Shown: positions 25,318 through 37,413 of the stretch, piece by piece | Numbering within the stretch: the stretch's first letter is position 1 | How the letters are laid out: the number at the start of each line of letters is the position of its first letter | Source of the DNA: Podarcis erhardii | Taxonomy: Eukaryota | Reading direction: 5' to 3' (one strand) | DNA: 64,000 bases | Assembly (NCBI GenBank): GCA_964252035.1 | Contig: OZ176208.1 | Translations under genes and position numbers: made by a program | Notes under the pieces: model-generated | The model's input: only the letters and a program-made list of their open reading frames with translations | What the model was told of the DNA's origin: nothing | Databases searched by the model: none

Positions 25318-26699
25318 TGACAAGGATATGTCCAAAGTTATTGAGTAATCAGCATCTCCCCAGCTTCTATGCTATTGTTTCACATAGATATTTATTCAAG
25401 GAAGTCCCAGTCAGCAATATTCTTTCAACCATGATCAATATTTAAATATATGTATAGTATAGGCCTGTAAAATGTGTGAGTTACTAAAGCAAGTGTTGCC
25501 CATTAGCCACATATCATGGTCTTCCAACTGCTCAAGTGCTCTCTCCAATTTTTGCAGCCTATGGAGGATAGCAAAAAGAGGTTTATCTACCCCCCCCAGG
25601 TAGGCTACCATATATACCTGGTGGTCTGTGCTTAGTTTGCTGGATCATGAGCATGGGTGTACCTAGGAGTTGGTTAGGTTGGCCACTGCCCAGGGGGCAT
25701 AAATATCACTCCTTTCTGGCTCAAAGTTGCAAGGAGCTCAACTGCCCATTGACTTCCCCTGCCAAGGGTGCCTCTGATCATGAGTTATGTATGTTTAGTA
25801 TAGAAAGTTTAGAGATTTAATGTTCAAATTAGGAATGTTTTCAAACAATCAAGTTCCGTGTCAGTCAGCAGGGAAGGGCAATTGAATCGTACTTATGGTA
25901 CTATGCTTAATAGACAGATGGGAAAGTTTTCTGTGAAGTTTCTTTGAGCTTAGCCTCCTTAAAAGACAATTTTCAAGTTTCAAAACTGCTTCTCGGAGCT
26001 TAGGTTTCCTTAAAAGTTATTTTCTGTTTTGCCCAAAGGCTTAGTTCTGCTTGGACAAGTATTAGCAGAGGAACCATTTTCCAAGTTAGACACTTAAATA
26101 TGCCTGATGGGACCCATTTCAACAGGAACACAGAAGCAGGATTGTGGAAGGAGGGGAGGGAGGGAGTGTTCAGTCCATTGAAGATGAACTTCTTGTAACT
26201 TGTGGTTGTGCTGCAATTTTCAGTGTTTGGACAGAAATGTTGCTCTCTTAGCCGAAGCAAGCCTAAGTAAACTCTCAATCCAACATAGAATTAGACCAGA
26301 CCTGCACATTGTGCTTCTAATTTGGAAGACAACCAGCTCTTTCTTCAGGCTGGGGAATTTAGAAATTCTTAAAGCACTGGCATAAGAAATCTTTGGCACA
26401 GAATTATCTAACTCCCCAACAAAATTCTATTCATTTAAAACAACTTACATGCCACTCAACTACAATTGTCTGTGTTTTACAAGAAATACAATACAGAAAA
26501 GGTAAAAATTGGCTAAAACAGATATCAGTTAATATGCCTTCTAGAATTTTAAAAAGTGTTTTTAGTAGGTGGTGAAAGTTCAACAGAGAAGGGGCCTTGT
26601 CTAACTTTAATTGGAAGGCAGTTCCATAAAATTGGGCCTGCAATACTGAATACCTAGCTCCTGGTATACCTAGCTCCTGGTATACCTAGCAATGCATCT

Positions 26700-27060
26700 G
26701 AATCATGGAGGACCACCAACAGTGACTCACCTGAAGACCTCTGTGATTAGGCAGGGTTAAAAGGGATTAGGCAGTCCTTGAGTTATCCTAGACCCAAGTC
26801 GTTAAGCTTTTGAGCAGTACGGGTATGTCTGGTAATAGACTATGCCCTTCTACAGGCATGCTGCAGTGGTAGGCACCAGGTGGAGCCCCCAGGCCAGACC
26901 CAAGAGTAGCTCCACATAGAATGGATCCAGGAAATTCATATCCTCCAGGAACTCATGCAACTGCTTGGCAACCACCCTCTCCATCGCCTTACCCAAGAAA
27001 GGAGTATTTGCAACCAAGATCTTATAGGATGCTGGAATCAATGCTGGATGGTTTCTTGGT
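26700..27060 (-). mobile_element. L2/CR1-group LINE RT remnant
   Basis: Minus ORF 26850-27083 contains VANTPFLGKAMERVVAKQLHEFLEDMNFLDPF, an early RT motif. Confidence 0.7.
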
Positions 27061-30003
27061 TGTTTTGCTTTTAAATGTTTCACTGTTTATCTCTCAAGTT
27101 TGCTAATCTTCCCTAGCAGTTGGAAGTGAGGAAAAATGGAGAAGACCAGCAGCCTGAGTGTTAACAATGACTATATGGGGGAAAGCTTGGTCAGCAGCAA
27201 GAGCTCCTTAATCCCCAACCCCATCAATTAAAATTTGACCTCTTCAATTAAAATTGGCTGCCACCCATTAATCAAATAAAGTTTTGCTTCGTTAATTTAC
27301 TGATTGAAAATTCCAATGAACACTCTGAAAAGTTTTATACCATCCAGTATTTTATTTATTGAACAGTAGAAAAGGAAACAAGCTTAGTTTTGCAATTTTT
27401 CTGCATTGTAGTGTTGATGGAAACTTTAGTAGAAACTTTTCTTTGTATTTGATCCCATAACCTGCTGACATTTAGCAGCAACTCTCAAATATCATCAAAT
27501 CGCAGAACTGTTTTAGCTTCATTGCACTAAGGGTGAGGCATGAAAACTGTATACTCAAGAGTCTTTCCACTCACTTCAATGGCATTACTCCAGAGTAAGC
27601 AGCTTAAGAAATAGTCAGATACTGACACATTATTTGAGAAGCTGCATTTAGCAGGCTAAGCACTTCAGCTCACAAACTCCCGGAGCTTATTGATTTTTCC
27701 CTTTCCTTTTTTTTTTCCTGAGGAAAATAAACTTTCCAATTCTAGTTTATTTTTAGAGGTTAATCCATTGCAAGTTGCTTTCTCCTTCTTTCTTTCTCAT
27801 CCTCCACTCTAGTCTCTTAACACAAACTGGCTTGTATGCATATACTTAAAAGTGGCATAGCTGGTACATGAACAACCTCCATCCCACAGACAAGCAAAGT
27901 CCATATTTCCTTATATAGTCATGCAGAGCTCCTGCAAGATCTGGATTCCCCATTCACTTCAATGGACAGTGGTGAAAAGCCAGAGTGGTGTTAGGTTGGA
28001 ATCTGGATTTTATTTTATTTGTAAAAACTTGTTATGTGTGATTTGGTTCTAAATCCGTGCTTGCAATAAACTGGTTGAAAAACAGGACCTTGTACCCTAT
28101 TATTGATTTGGGTGCACTTAGACATTCTCCTTACCTATGATTCAACAGGTTTATCTCTTTTCTGGATTGGGACCATTGAACCCTGCTTATGCTCATTTAG
28201 CTTTGGCAATCATTCGGTACTGCTGTTCTCAATATTATTTATTCTCCACCGTATGAAAAGGGAATGCTCTTTTCAAAGTATGCTGCATTGCCCGTTCTTT
28301 GTTGATTTCTCCCCACCTCCAGCTCATTTATACAGAACTGGAAACACAATCAAAACAAGAGCTGTGTTTCTTACTGCTGAGATTGTGCGAAGTGACCCAG
28401 AGGAAACAGCAGAAATGCTGAAAACAAGTGGGGGGAAATGATTTTACTCTCACTAATGAGCAGATGCTGCACCAAAATGAGCAAAACAAATGAGCAAACA
28501 ATGGAATCAATGAGCAAGCAAAGTGTGTGTTTGAGGGGGGAAGCTGGAAATCTACAAAAAGACTTGCAAAACACAGATGCAATCTGAACAGGCCCCCTCC
28601 ATGGTGCTGAAAGGCCTGAGCAAATGAAACGTCCTTTCAAGGAGCATCTTTAAAATGCTGCTCCTGACAACATTTGGATCCTGTTACGCAATCCAGATGC
28701 TGTTTGTTTACAGCTGATCTGCCATGGTGCAGGGGGGATGTGTCAGATGTTAGCTGCATTGAGATATCAAAACCTAGAAAGGCATGATATGCTAAGCAGC
28801 AGGCAAAAGGAAAGCTCACACCAAAAGCCATCGGCATAATTATGAGAACAAAAGAGATTTCTTCTGTCAACGCTTAAAAGAGGCTTCAGTCCTTCTGTCG
28901 GAAGCTGCTCTGACCCCGGCTGTCAAATACAATTGGAAACACACTGAAACATCTGATTAGTGCATCTGGAGCTCACAAGGCTCAGACTGGACTGTGAACC
29001 ATTTTGGATACAGCAACTAGAGTAGCTACAGATCTGTGCTTCTTGTCCCTTATGCACTGAAAGGGGAGAGATGCGAAAACTCCCCTTCTGATGTGATGGT
29101 GGAAACCACACTTCCATTTGCCCTGCCACTTTCCCCTGAAAAATGCAGTTTAGTGCTGAATCAGAACAAACAGCAATTGGGTTTTGCAGAGGAAAGCAAT
29201 GGGGCAAAGGCATAACCACTTGGACCCATGTTTTCTAGGCATGGAGCAAGTGGAAGTGTGGACAAGCCAAAAGGCCAGCTCAGTTGTGCTGACTTTGACT
29301 TGTCTGCAAAGCACCAAATGGTGACTTCCAAAATTCACCTCCCTCAGCATCATGGCCAAAGGTGCCTGCTAGATCTGCTGGAGGTGGCAAACATAAGAAC
29401 AGTGACTCATCAAGTCCAGCATCTTCTCACAATGGCTAACCATATGCCAGCAAAATGTCCAGCAAAGAAGTTGGTGAGGATCAGGACAAACCTCAGCTCA
29501 GGGACTAGCAAGGTTACTACTAGGTGTAGCAGCTGACCCTCAGTTGCTGTGACAACACAGCAGAAGACCGTGAGGCCGGAGGAAATCTGCCAAAAAGAAG
29601 AGGGGAGAAACTCCTCCCCTACCACTGGCAGAGCAAGGCAGTGTGAGACCACAGATGGAGGAGAACTTCAGTTCTGTTTCATGATTCTTGAACCAATACA
29701 CAAACCAAAGCCTATCTAACTTTCAAAATCCACACTTTGTTGCAATGTGGCCATCCAACCAATGTGTACAAAAATGCACATACAGTATTAGGGGACCATA
29801 TGCATAAAAATGCACAGATTAATGAACATAACATTAAAATGCATAATAGTGTAAATAATTTGCAAAAAATGGCTTGTTAATTGTGTTAAGCCAGGATATT
29901 TGTCCAGCGTACAGAAAATATTTGTTTCTCTACTAAATCTGTCACAAAACACCATTTACACGATAAGAAACAAGATCCTGATCAGACTAAGGTGACTATA
30001 TCT

Positions 30004-30324
30004 CAGGGCCGCCCCACCCATTTGGCAAAGATTGCCTCAGAGGGAGCAGATCTGGACTCCAAAGAATGCACTGTCTGATGGTGCTGCCGCAATGGCAGCG
30101 ATGGGTATTGTATGCTCCTTGGAGGCCAAATTTGCCACCACCTTGGCAGCTGCCCACCCTGCTGCCTCTACAGAGGCTTCTTGGTGAATGGACGGTGTTG
30201 CTGGTCTCTTCCCACCCTTGTCCCTGCTGTAGAGCTTCATTCACCCCTTACTGCCTGACAGGGGTGCGGGGAACACCATTTTGTGGTTCTCCTCAGGTGC
30301 CCAAAATGTCTTGGGCTGGCCCTG
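30004..30324. mobile_element. MITE-like element (CAGGGCC TIRs)
   Basis: Ends CAGGGCCGCCCC / GGGCTGGCCCTG; no TSD found. Confidence 0.55.
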
Positions 30325-32089
30325 AGTTCAACCACCAATGACTGCCATCTGCAGATGCAAATAACCATTCTATGGGAAGGATTCAAGGAGAGGGAGGAAG
30401 GTGGGCAAATAAAACTTGCACCTCCTAAGCTTTCCCTTCTCCCCTCATCTTCTACCAACTCCCCAAAGAGAGGGACGGAGGCAGGTGAAGGAGACATTGG
30501 GCAAGCCAGACTACGGCTGAATGAAAGCATTATTCACCTATGAATATTTTGCCCAGAAAGCCTTTGAGCTTACTTGAGAGTCATTCCTCGGATCCACTTT
30601 ACCCAAAAGCCTGATCTCTATAAGTATTTTTGTAAGTTTTTTTCCTCTTGAGAGTATTTCCCCAGTCACCCCCCCCCCCACACACTTCAACCTCAGCTTA
30701 GTGCGATCTATTTATGGCACACTGTTATGTGTCTTAAAGATCTATTTGACTTTTGTATGGCTTCAGATAGGAAACAAACATATCAGCATAAACTGTCAGT
30801 CGCTCCAGGATTAACCAGTTTACCCTCACGCTACTGGATGTCTGGAGGGCAACTGTCACAGAGAATACTGCACACATTTATAGCAGCGTGAGGTAAGGGC
30901 TGCCTTCGGTTTCTAAGCTGGTGCTGTGTACTGTCTGAGCTCATCTACGAGCAGTGTATTGTGAGACAGACAGATAGATAGATATAACCAAATGTCAGCA
31001 TTTCAGGGGAACAAAACTGACAGAACAATTCACATGTTCCTTTGTAGGCAACAGGGTGTGGGAACATATGGTCTCCATAAAGGCGGTCCTCATTTTCATC
31101 TCTGGGAAGCATTATTACTTAAGCATCTCAGACAGCAGAGCTAGAAGAGATCTTTCCCTGAGGCCCTGAAGAGTCAGACTGGACATTGCTGGACTAGATG
31201 GATTAATAGTCTGACACTATTGGCAGCTTCATATTGAAGCCCTAGGCCTCCACAGCTGACAGTGTTCTAATGGGCAAGGGTCTGGCTGAAAGAAGTACAT
31301 TGTATAGCATGGGCAAGGAACTCCTTTTAGCCCAATATCTTCATTCCCTCGTGCACAATGGATGCATCTGGTGTTGGGTTCGAACAGAGGGAAAAAGTGA
31401 AGATAACGATGTGATTCCTACTTTTGCACAGTAGTCCATACCCTCCAACATTTCTCTGATGAAAATAGGGATGTCTGAAAGGGTTGCCCCAGTCATTCTG
31501 GGTGACTTTCAACACGTAGAAAAACATAATAAAACATTAAACACTAAAACACTTCCCTATACCAGGCTGTCTGTAGATGTCTTCTAAAGATTGTATAGTT
31601 ACTTATCTCCTTGGCTCAGGAGTCACACAACTCCATACACTCCAACATTTCTCTGATGAAAATAGGGACATCCTAAGGAAAAGTGGGACATTCCAGGATC
31701 AGATCAGAAACCCAGGTAGCTTCCATAAATCCTGTCTACATTCCAGCCATAAAGACGGAAGACTTCAAGAATGTATCCCAGCCAGGCAAAAGCATTGAGA
31801 TCACAGAGCCAGGATTGTGTGGAACAGGGCCTGAGGAGAGTGTATGGTTTGGGGAGAGTATTGGGCCTTAGGATACCTACCCACAGTCTAGAAAACACAC
31901 TTTAGGCAGACAAAAAGTATTCATTGCTGGATGGACATTTGTTAGACAAATGCTCATGACGTTAGATGCGGGTGACATTAGCAGAGGCTTGAGTAAGAAG
32001 CCAAAAAAACAAAACAAGTCCATGGGGAGGTGGAATGGGATATTACTAATATAATAGAATTGTCTCAAGACATTGTTTGATATCCATTT

Positions 32090-33306
32090 TGTCTCAGTAT
32101 TACTGAGCTTTTATATGAAGTGGTTGCAAGTGGTCATTAGGGGATTTGAAGCAAGGTGTCATCATCATACTGATGGCACTCGGCTCTATTTTGCTGTAAC
32201 AGCTGAATCAGGAGAGGCTATGCAAGCCCTGGATCTGTGCCTGGACTCAGTGGTGGCCTGGCTATGGACCAAAAAGCTGAGCTTGAATCCTGGCAAGACT
32301 GAAGCAGAGTAAGTGAGTAGTTCCCAGGTCTGGTAGACTGGTCAATTATCTGTTCTGGATGGAATTGCATTCCCTATAAGTACAACTTCATAGACTGCAG
32401 GGGATCCTAGATCCAACATATGTGTATTCAGGGGCAAGAGGTGCCTTTCAGCAGCTTGGGTTAGTGAGACAGTTTACAGGCCATTTCAACACCAGGAGAG
32501 CTTCATCTTGATAGACTTGATTACTGCAATGTACTGCATGTGGAGCTATCCTTGGATCTGGTCCAGAAGCTTCAGGTGGTGCAGAATGCAGTGGCTCAAT
32601 TACCTCCAAGCAATCCGTAACAACCCTGCTTTGAGAACCACACTAGCTGCCTATATGCTATGGACCATTTGTTACTAGTGTACAATGCCCCCAGAGAACT
32701 TGGGAGCAGATACCTTAGAGTGTCTCACTCCTTATAGACTAGCTAGATCTCTGAGAACAACAGGGGCTGTGCTTTTGGAGGCTGTGCTCCATAAATCAGA
32801 TTTCTCTATGCTCAGAGCATTCAGCACAGCAGTCACAGTATTATGGAACATCTCACCCCCCCCACCCCCCAGTGCAGGCGAGGCAGATGCTGGCACTGTA
32901 TGAGCTACAACATGCCATGAAGACATTCTAAAGCCAGCAAGCATTTTAGGAATGTCAATTTTCATCTGGCCACTCTTAATGCTGTTTCGTTTATCTATGA
33001 TGTACAGTGGTACCTTGGGTTAAGAACTTAATTTGTTCCAGAGGTCCGTTCTTAACCTGAAACCGTTCTTAACCTGAAGACCACTTTAGCTAATGGGGCC
33101 TCCCACTGCCGCTGCACCGCCGGAGCACGATTTCTGTTCTCATCCTGAAGCAAAGTTCTTAACCCGAGGTACTATTTCTGGGTTTGCGGAGTCTGTAACC
33201 TGAAGCGTCTGTAACCCGAGGTACCACTGTATATTATTTTGTATTCTAGTCTGTTGTAAATTGCTTAGAGATCTGATTACACATGATACACAAATATTTT
33301 AATAAA
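32090..33306 (+). mobile_element. Decayed L2-type LINE 3' portion, interrupted by a Tigger-like MITE
   Basis: YMK..VVIRGFEARCHHHTDGTRLYF...LSLNPGKTE, the decayed YADD region; degenerate C-terminus and AATAAAT tail. Confidence 0.75.
33005..33229. mobile_element. Tigger/pogo-like MITE
   Basis: TA|CAGTGGTACC...GGTACCACTG|TA; five near-identical copies in the window. Confidence 0.95.
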
Positions 33307-33495
33307 TCATAGTAGATAAGATCTAAATATAATTTTAGTTCCTGGATATGTTGCTGTCAGGGCTGGAGTCAGACTGCAGGTCAGCAAGCAAGGAGCAGAG
33401 TTTGTAAGAGAAGTTAAATCTTTATTCAAAGGAATGACATGCAACTCAGCCACGCTTCCCAGTAAGTCTTGCCCCTATAGAACAGTGGCCAGGAC

Positions 33496-34716
33496 CAGTG
33501 GCGTAGCGTGGGGGGTGCAGGGGGTGCCAGCCGCACCGGGCGCAACATTTTGGGGGGCGCACTCGCAGCTCTCTGCCCCTACCTGGCTCACTCCCGCTTG
33601 CAGCGGCGGCAGCAGCAGCCTGGCGAATAGGGCGCGCGCGCGCGCAGGGCGCACGGAGTGGCAAAGGCGAAGGAGACGAGGCAGAGGCTGCGGGCTGGCG
33701 GAGGAAACAGGAGAGATTCAGATTGCAAGCAAGCCGGGACGCTTTGTCGGCTTGGGGAAAGCCCTGCGGGAGCCAAGGGCACGCGCCTCGCTTTGCTGGG
33801 CGCAGAGGTGGGGAGGGAAGAATCTCCACCCCTCTCTCTCTCCAAAGGGGATTTACGCCGGCTGAGCTGGGTTTCGCCTCCTCCGCCACCGCCTGGGGAC
33901 AGCTCCTCGGAGGAGAAGGACGTTGGGGAGCGCAGAGAGGAATCGGGGGGCCGCAGCTCCAGCCATCGCCCATCGCCAGCAGTGTCCGTGCCTCCTTCGG
34001 GGGGCTCCTCGGGGGGCTCCTTGAGGAATCCGGGCAGCAGGATCTTGGAGACGCTTTGCCTGCGAGGCAGCTGCCCACAACTCCCGGGGCCAGCCCGGGC
34101 AGCCAAGTGAGACCCCTGCTTCTTCGGAAATTTCTCCAAAGGCTTCATCCCGCCGATGGCAGGGATGAAGCTGGGCCCCAGGACGAGGGGTGATCCAATG
34201 TGCCCTTTTCAGCTTAGGCCAAAATTGGGGATCAGGGGCGGTGCACTCTGCGTGCTTGCGGCGGGGGTGGAGAGACCTGCGATCAGACAGTCATGGCTAT
34301 GCCAGATGTTGGAGGCGGGCGAAGATCTGGCCAAGAAGGTGGCAGGGAGCTGCCTCTTTGGAGAAGGGAAACGTGTCCGGCGTTGGGGAGGGGGGGTGGA
34401 GCGGGGGCGCTGCTCAGGCCAACCTTACCGAGCGTGGAAAGGCTTTAGGGGGCGGGGTGCGCGGGGTCCTGCTTGACTCTCCCTGCAGGGGGAGTGACCA
34501 GAGGCGCCTCCAATGGCTTCGCGTCCTGACGCCCTCCTGAAGTGGTAGGCGGCGAGAGGCAGACAGGTGGATTGCCATCTACTCTTTGGCCGCGCCAGAA
34601 ACGTGGCGAGCGGGCGCAACATCTGGGGGTTAGGGTTAGGGGGCGCAAATCCACGGGTTAGGGGGTGCAAATTACTTGCCTTGCCCCGGGTGCTGACAAC
34701 CCATGCTACGCCACTG
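33496..34716. mobile_element. Non-autonomous hAT element carrying GC/CpG-rich cargo
   Basis: 12-bp TIRs CAGTGGCGTAGC / GCTACGCCACTG; perfect 8-bp TSD GCCAGGAC at 33488-33495 and 34717-34724. Confidence 0.9.
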
Positions 34717-35706
34717 GCCAGGACTGATGATTCCCACCATCAACACACTCTCAGGTTCTTCCTCTCCTGGATGTTTCCCAAGCAGTTTCAAACTATGCCT
34801 GGACATCTTTAGTTTCTGTTCTGCTCAACGCATCACTCTGCAGGAGGGGAGCTTATCACAGTAGAAGAGGCAAGCGGCCTTCTCTTCTGCAGCCTTTTGC
34901 CCCTCCTCCTCTGCTTCAGCATCTAAGTTGGAACTGCTTCCAGTCACAGACTCTCCCTGTTCAGCAAATCCTAGCATCATAGCATTACGTGGATAACCTC
35001 AGTAATGCAAAATAGTACAGCGAGTAGCCTGTGACTTTGTACGCTGACTTTTCCAAAGAATAGTGTAAAAAGAACAGCTAGCAGAGGGACAGATCTAAGT
35101 AAGAATATTCTAACACAATTAGCTCCAGTTGTGTTGATTTGAGACATTTAGGTTCTTTAGCTGCCTGTCTGTGTCATGGTCTACCTGATTCATCAGCGAG
35201 GCCTTGCTTTGAACTGATTGGAAAAGGTCCAAATCTCACTTTCAACTGAAGACTTGAGGACTGCTCATCCTTCTTTACTGAGGAGAATCAAGTTAGGTTA
35301 CAGCAAGTCTAATTTATGTAATTTTAACCCTAGTTATGTATGGCTGGAACCTTGTGGGCAAATGAAAGAATGAAAGGACAACTCTGATAGGTCAGTCCAA
35401 AGGCCCTTCTAGTCCAGAATCCTGTTCTCACAGTGGCAAACCAGATGCCTATGAGATGCCCACATGTACTCTCCCCATTTGTGATCACCAGCAACTGGCA
35501 TTTAGAAGCATAATACATCCAACAATTGAGGGAGAACATAGTTAATGTGACTGTTAGGCACCGACCGCCCTATCATTATTGGATAAGGACGGTGGTGGTC
35601 ATTACATCTTGTAAGAATGAAATCTGTAAGTTAACAATATGTGGTGTGAAGAAATACTTTCTTTTGTCTGTATATACTTGCATTGCATGTTAATAAATGC
35701 ATTGTA

Positions 35707-35947
35707 CAGTGGTACCTCGGGTTAAGTACTTAATTCGTTCTGGAGGTGTGTTCTTAACCTGAAACTGTTCTTAACCTGAAGCACCACTTTAGTTAATGGG
35801 GCCTCCCGCTGCTGCCGCGCCGCCGCAGTATAATTTCTGTTCTTTTCTGAAGCAAAGTTCTTAACCTGAGGTACTATTTCTGGGTTAGCGGAGTCTGTAA
35901 CCTGAAGCGTGTGTAACCTGAAGCGTATGTAATCTGAGGTACCACTG
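35707..35947. mobile_element. Tigger/pogo-like MITE
   Basis: Same TIRs and TA TSD as 33005. Confidence 0.95.
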
Positions 35948-37064
35948 TATCTACAGTCAGTAAAACATTTGTGGCCTGGTTCCTGGTTCCATATTGTTGA
36001 GCCCTGACACTGACATGGGCAAATGCTTGCAAAATGTCCATTGCAACTTCTCTGTGACTTTCTACAGCGTACTTGGATGAAGTGCTGCTCTGGGAAATGA
36101 GCGTCTCCAGCCTCCAAGCATGGCTTTGAAATCAACGTTGCAAGTCCTGTTCTCTGGTTACCCTCATAATTCCACTTTTGGACAGATAAATGCGATTTGC
36201 AAAACAGGCATAGCGTCAAGATGTCGCAGCTGCAGGTTTTCCCCTCAAGACTTTCGTTTGTTGTTCTTGGTGTCCAACTGTTTTTAATTAGCAGAAGTCT
36301 TGAATGAGAGCCTCTTCTTTGCGGTGGCTTGAGTTGCAAAGATCAGAAGAATGGGAAAGAAATGGCAGTGCTTTTGTGTGCCATTTCCATGTTTGGTTCA
36401 GAGGTAAACTTTGGAACCTGTTTGTGATTCAATTATGAGAAGTTAAACCTGCAACAGATTCCTGCCTGTTCAGGGCTCTATTCAGCCCTCCATCCAAGAT
36501 ACTCCATTCTACCAAAATCTAGTTTTCTCTTATTCCCCCCATCTCATGCACAGTCAATCAATGTTCCAGTCTACTGAACTGCCCACCTTTTTAAATCTTA
36601 AGATTTAGCATAACTTTGTACATTTGTATGTGGATGGCTGCTGTTTTGGCTACATAAGAATCCAGGGTTGGAGAATGAGTTTATTTTTAGTAACTCCAAT
36701 GTAAGGGAACTGCAGTGTGGGGCAGATGGGGGTGAGCTACATTCCTGGGGATTGTCTGTGCACGCCTAGTAGCCATTCATATTTGACATGAATTTGTCCA
36801 ATCTGTTCATTAAATTTTGGGTTGATGGGGAAAGAGCATCTGCAATATAAAGTAGCAGTGAAATCCATAAATTAATTACATATTATATATGTATCCTGCC
36901 AGGAAGGAGGCACACCATTTTTGATGGGTTGTTGTTAGGAGATACATGAAGCAGGTTGCTTATGTTTTCCTTATTCCCCTATTCTCATTTATTTATCCAG
37001 ATTCTCACTGCTATCTGTACGTCCCACTTCCAAATATGTTATTCCCTCTCTACTCTTCCTAAAA

Positions 37065-37413
37065 GGGATGCGGGTGGCGCTGTGATCTAAACCACAGAGC
37101 CTAGGGCATGCTGATCAGAAGGTCAACAGTTTGAATCCCCTCAATGGGGTGAGCTCCCGTTGCTCGGTCCCAGCTCCTGCCCACCTAGCAGTTCGAAAGC
37201 ACGTCAAGTGCAAGTAGATAAATAGGTACCGCTCTGGCAGGAAGGTAAATGATGTTTCCATGCTGCTCTGGTTCGCCAGAAGCGGTTTAGTTATGCTGGC
37301 CACATGACCTGGAAGCTGTATGCTGGCTCCCTCAGGCAGTAAAGCAAGATGAGCGCTGCAACCCCAGAGTCGTCCGCGAATGGACCTAACAGTCAGGGGT
37401 CCCTTTACCTTAC
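37065..37413 (+). mobile_element. Sauria SINE, full length
   Basis: GGGATGCGGGTGGCGCTGTG...CCCTTTACCTTAC; TTCCTAAA on both flanks. Confidence 0.95.

Noticed and set aside
33434-34812. Many overlapping long ORFs (up to 210 aa) on both strands
   Set aside because: Expected from stop-codon scarcity in GC-rich DNA. The translations are low-complexity R/G/P/A with no domain.
35722-36339. 205-aa minus ORF
   Set aside because: Its C-terminal third is read through a Tigger-like MITE and the rest has no recognisable motif.
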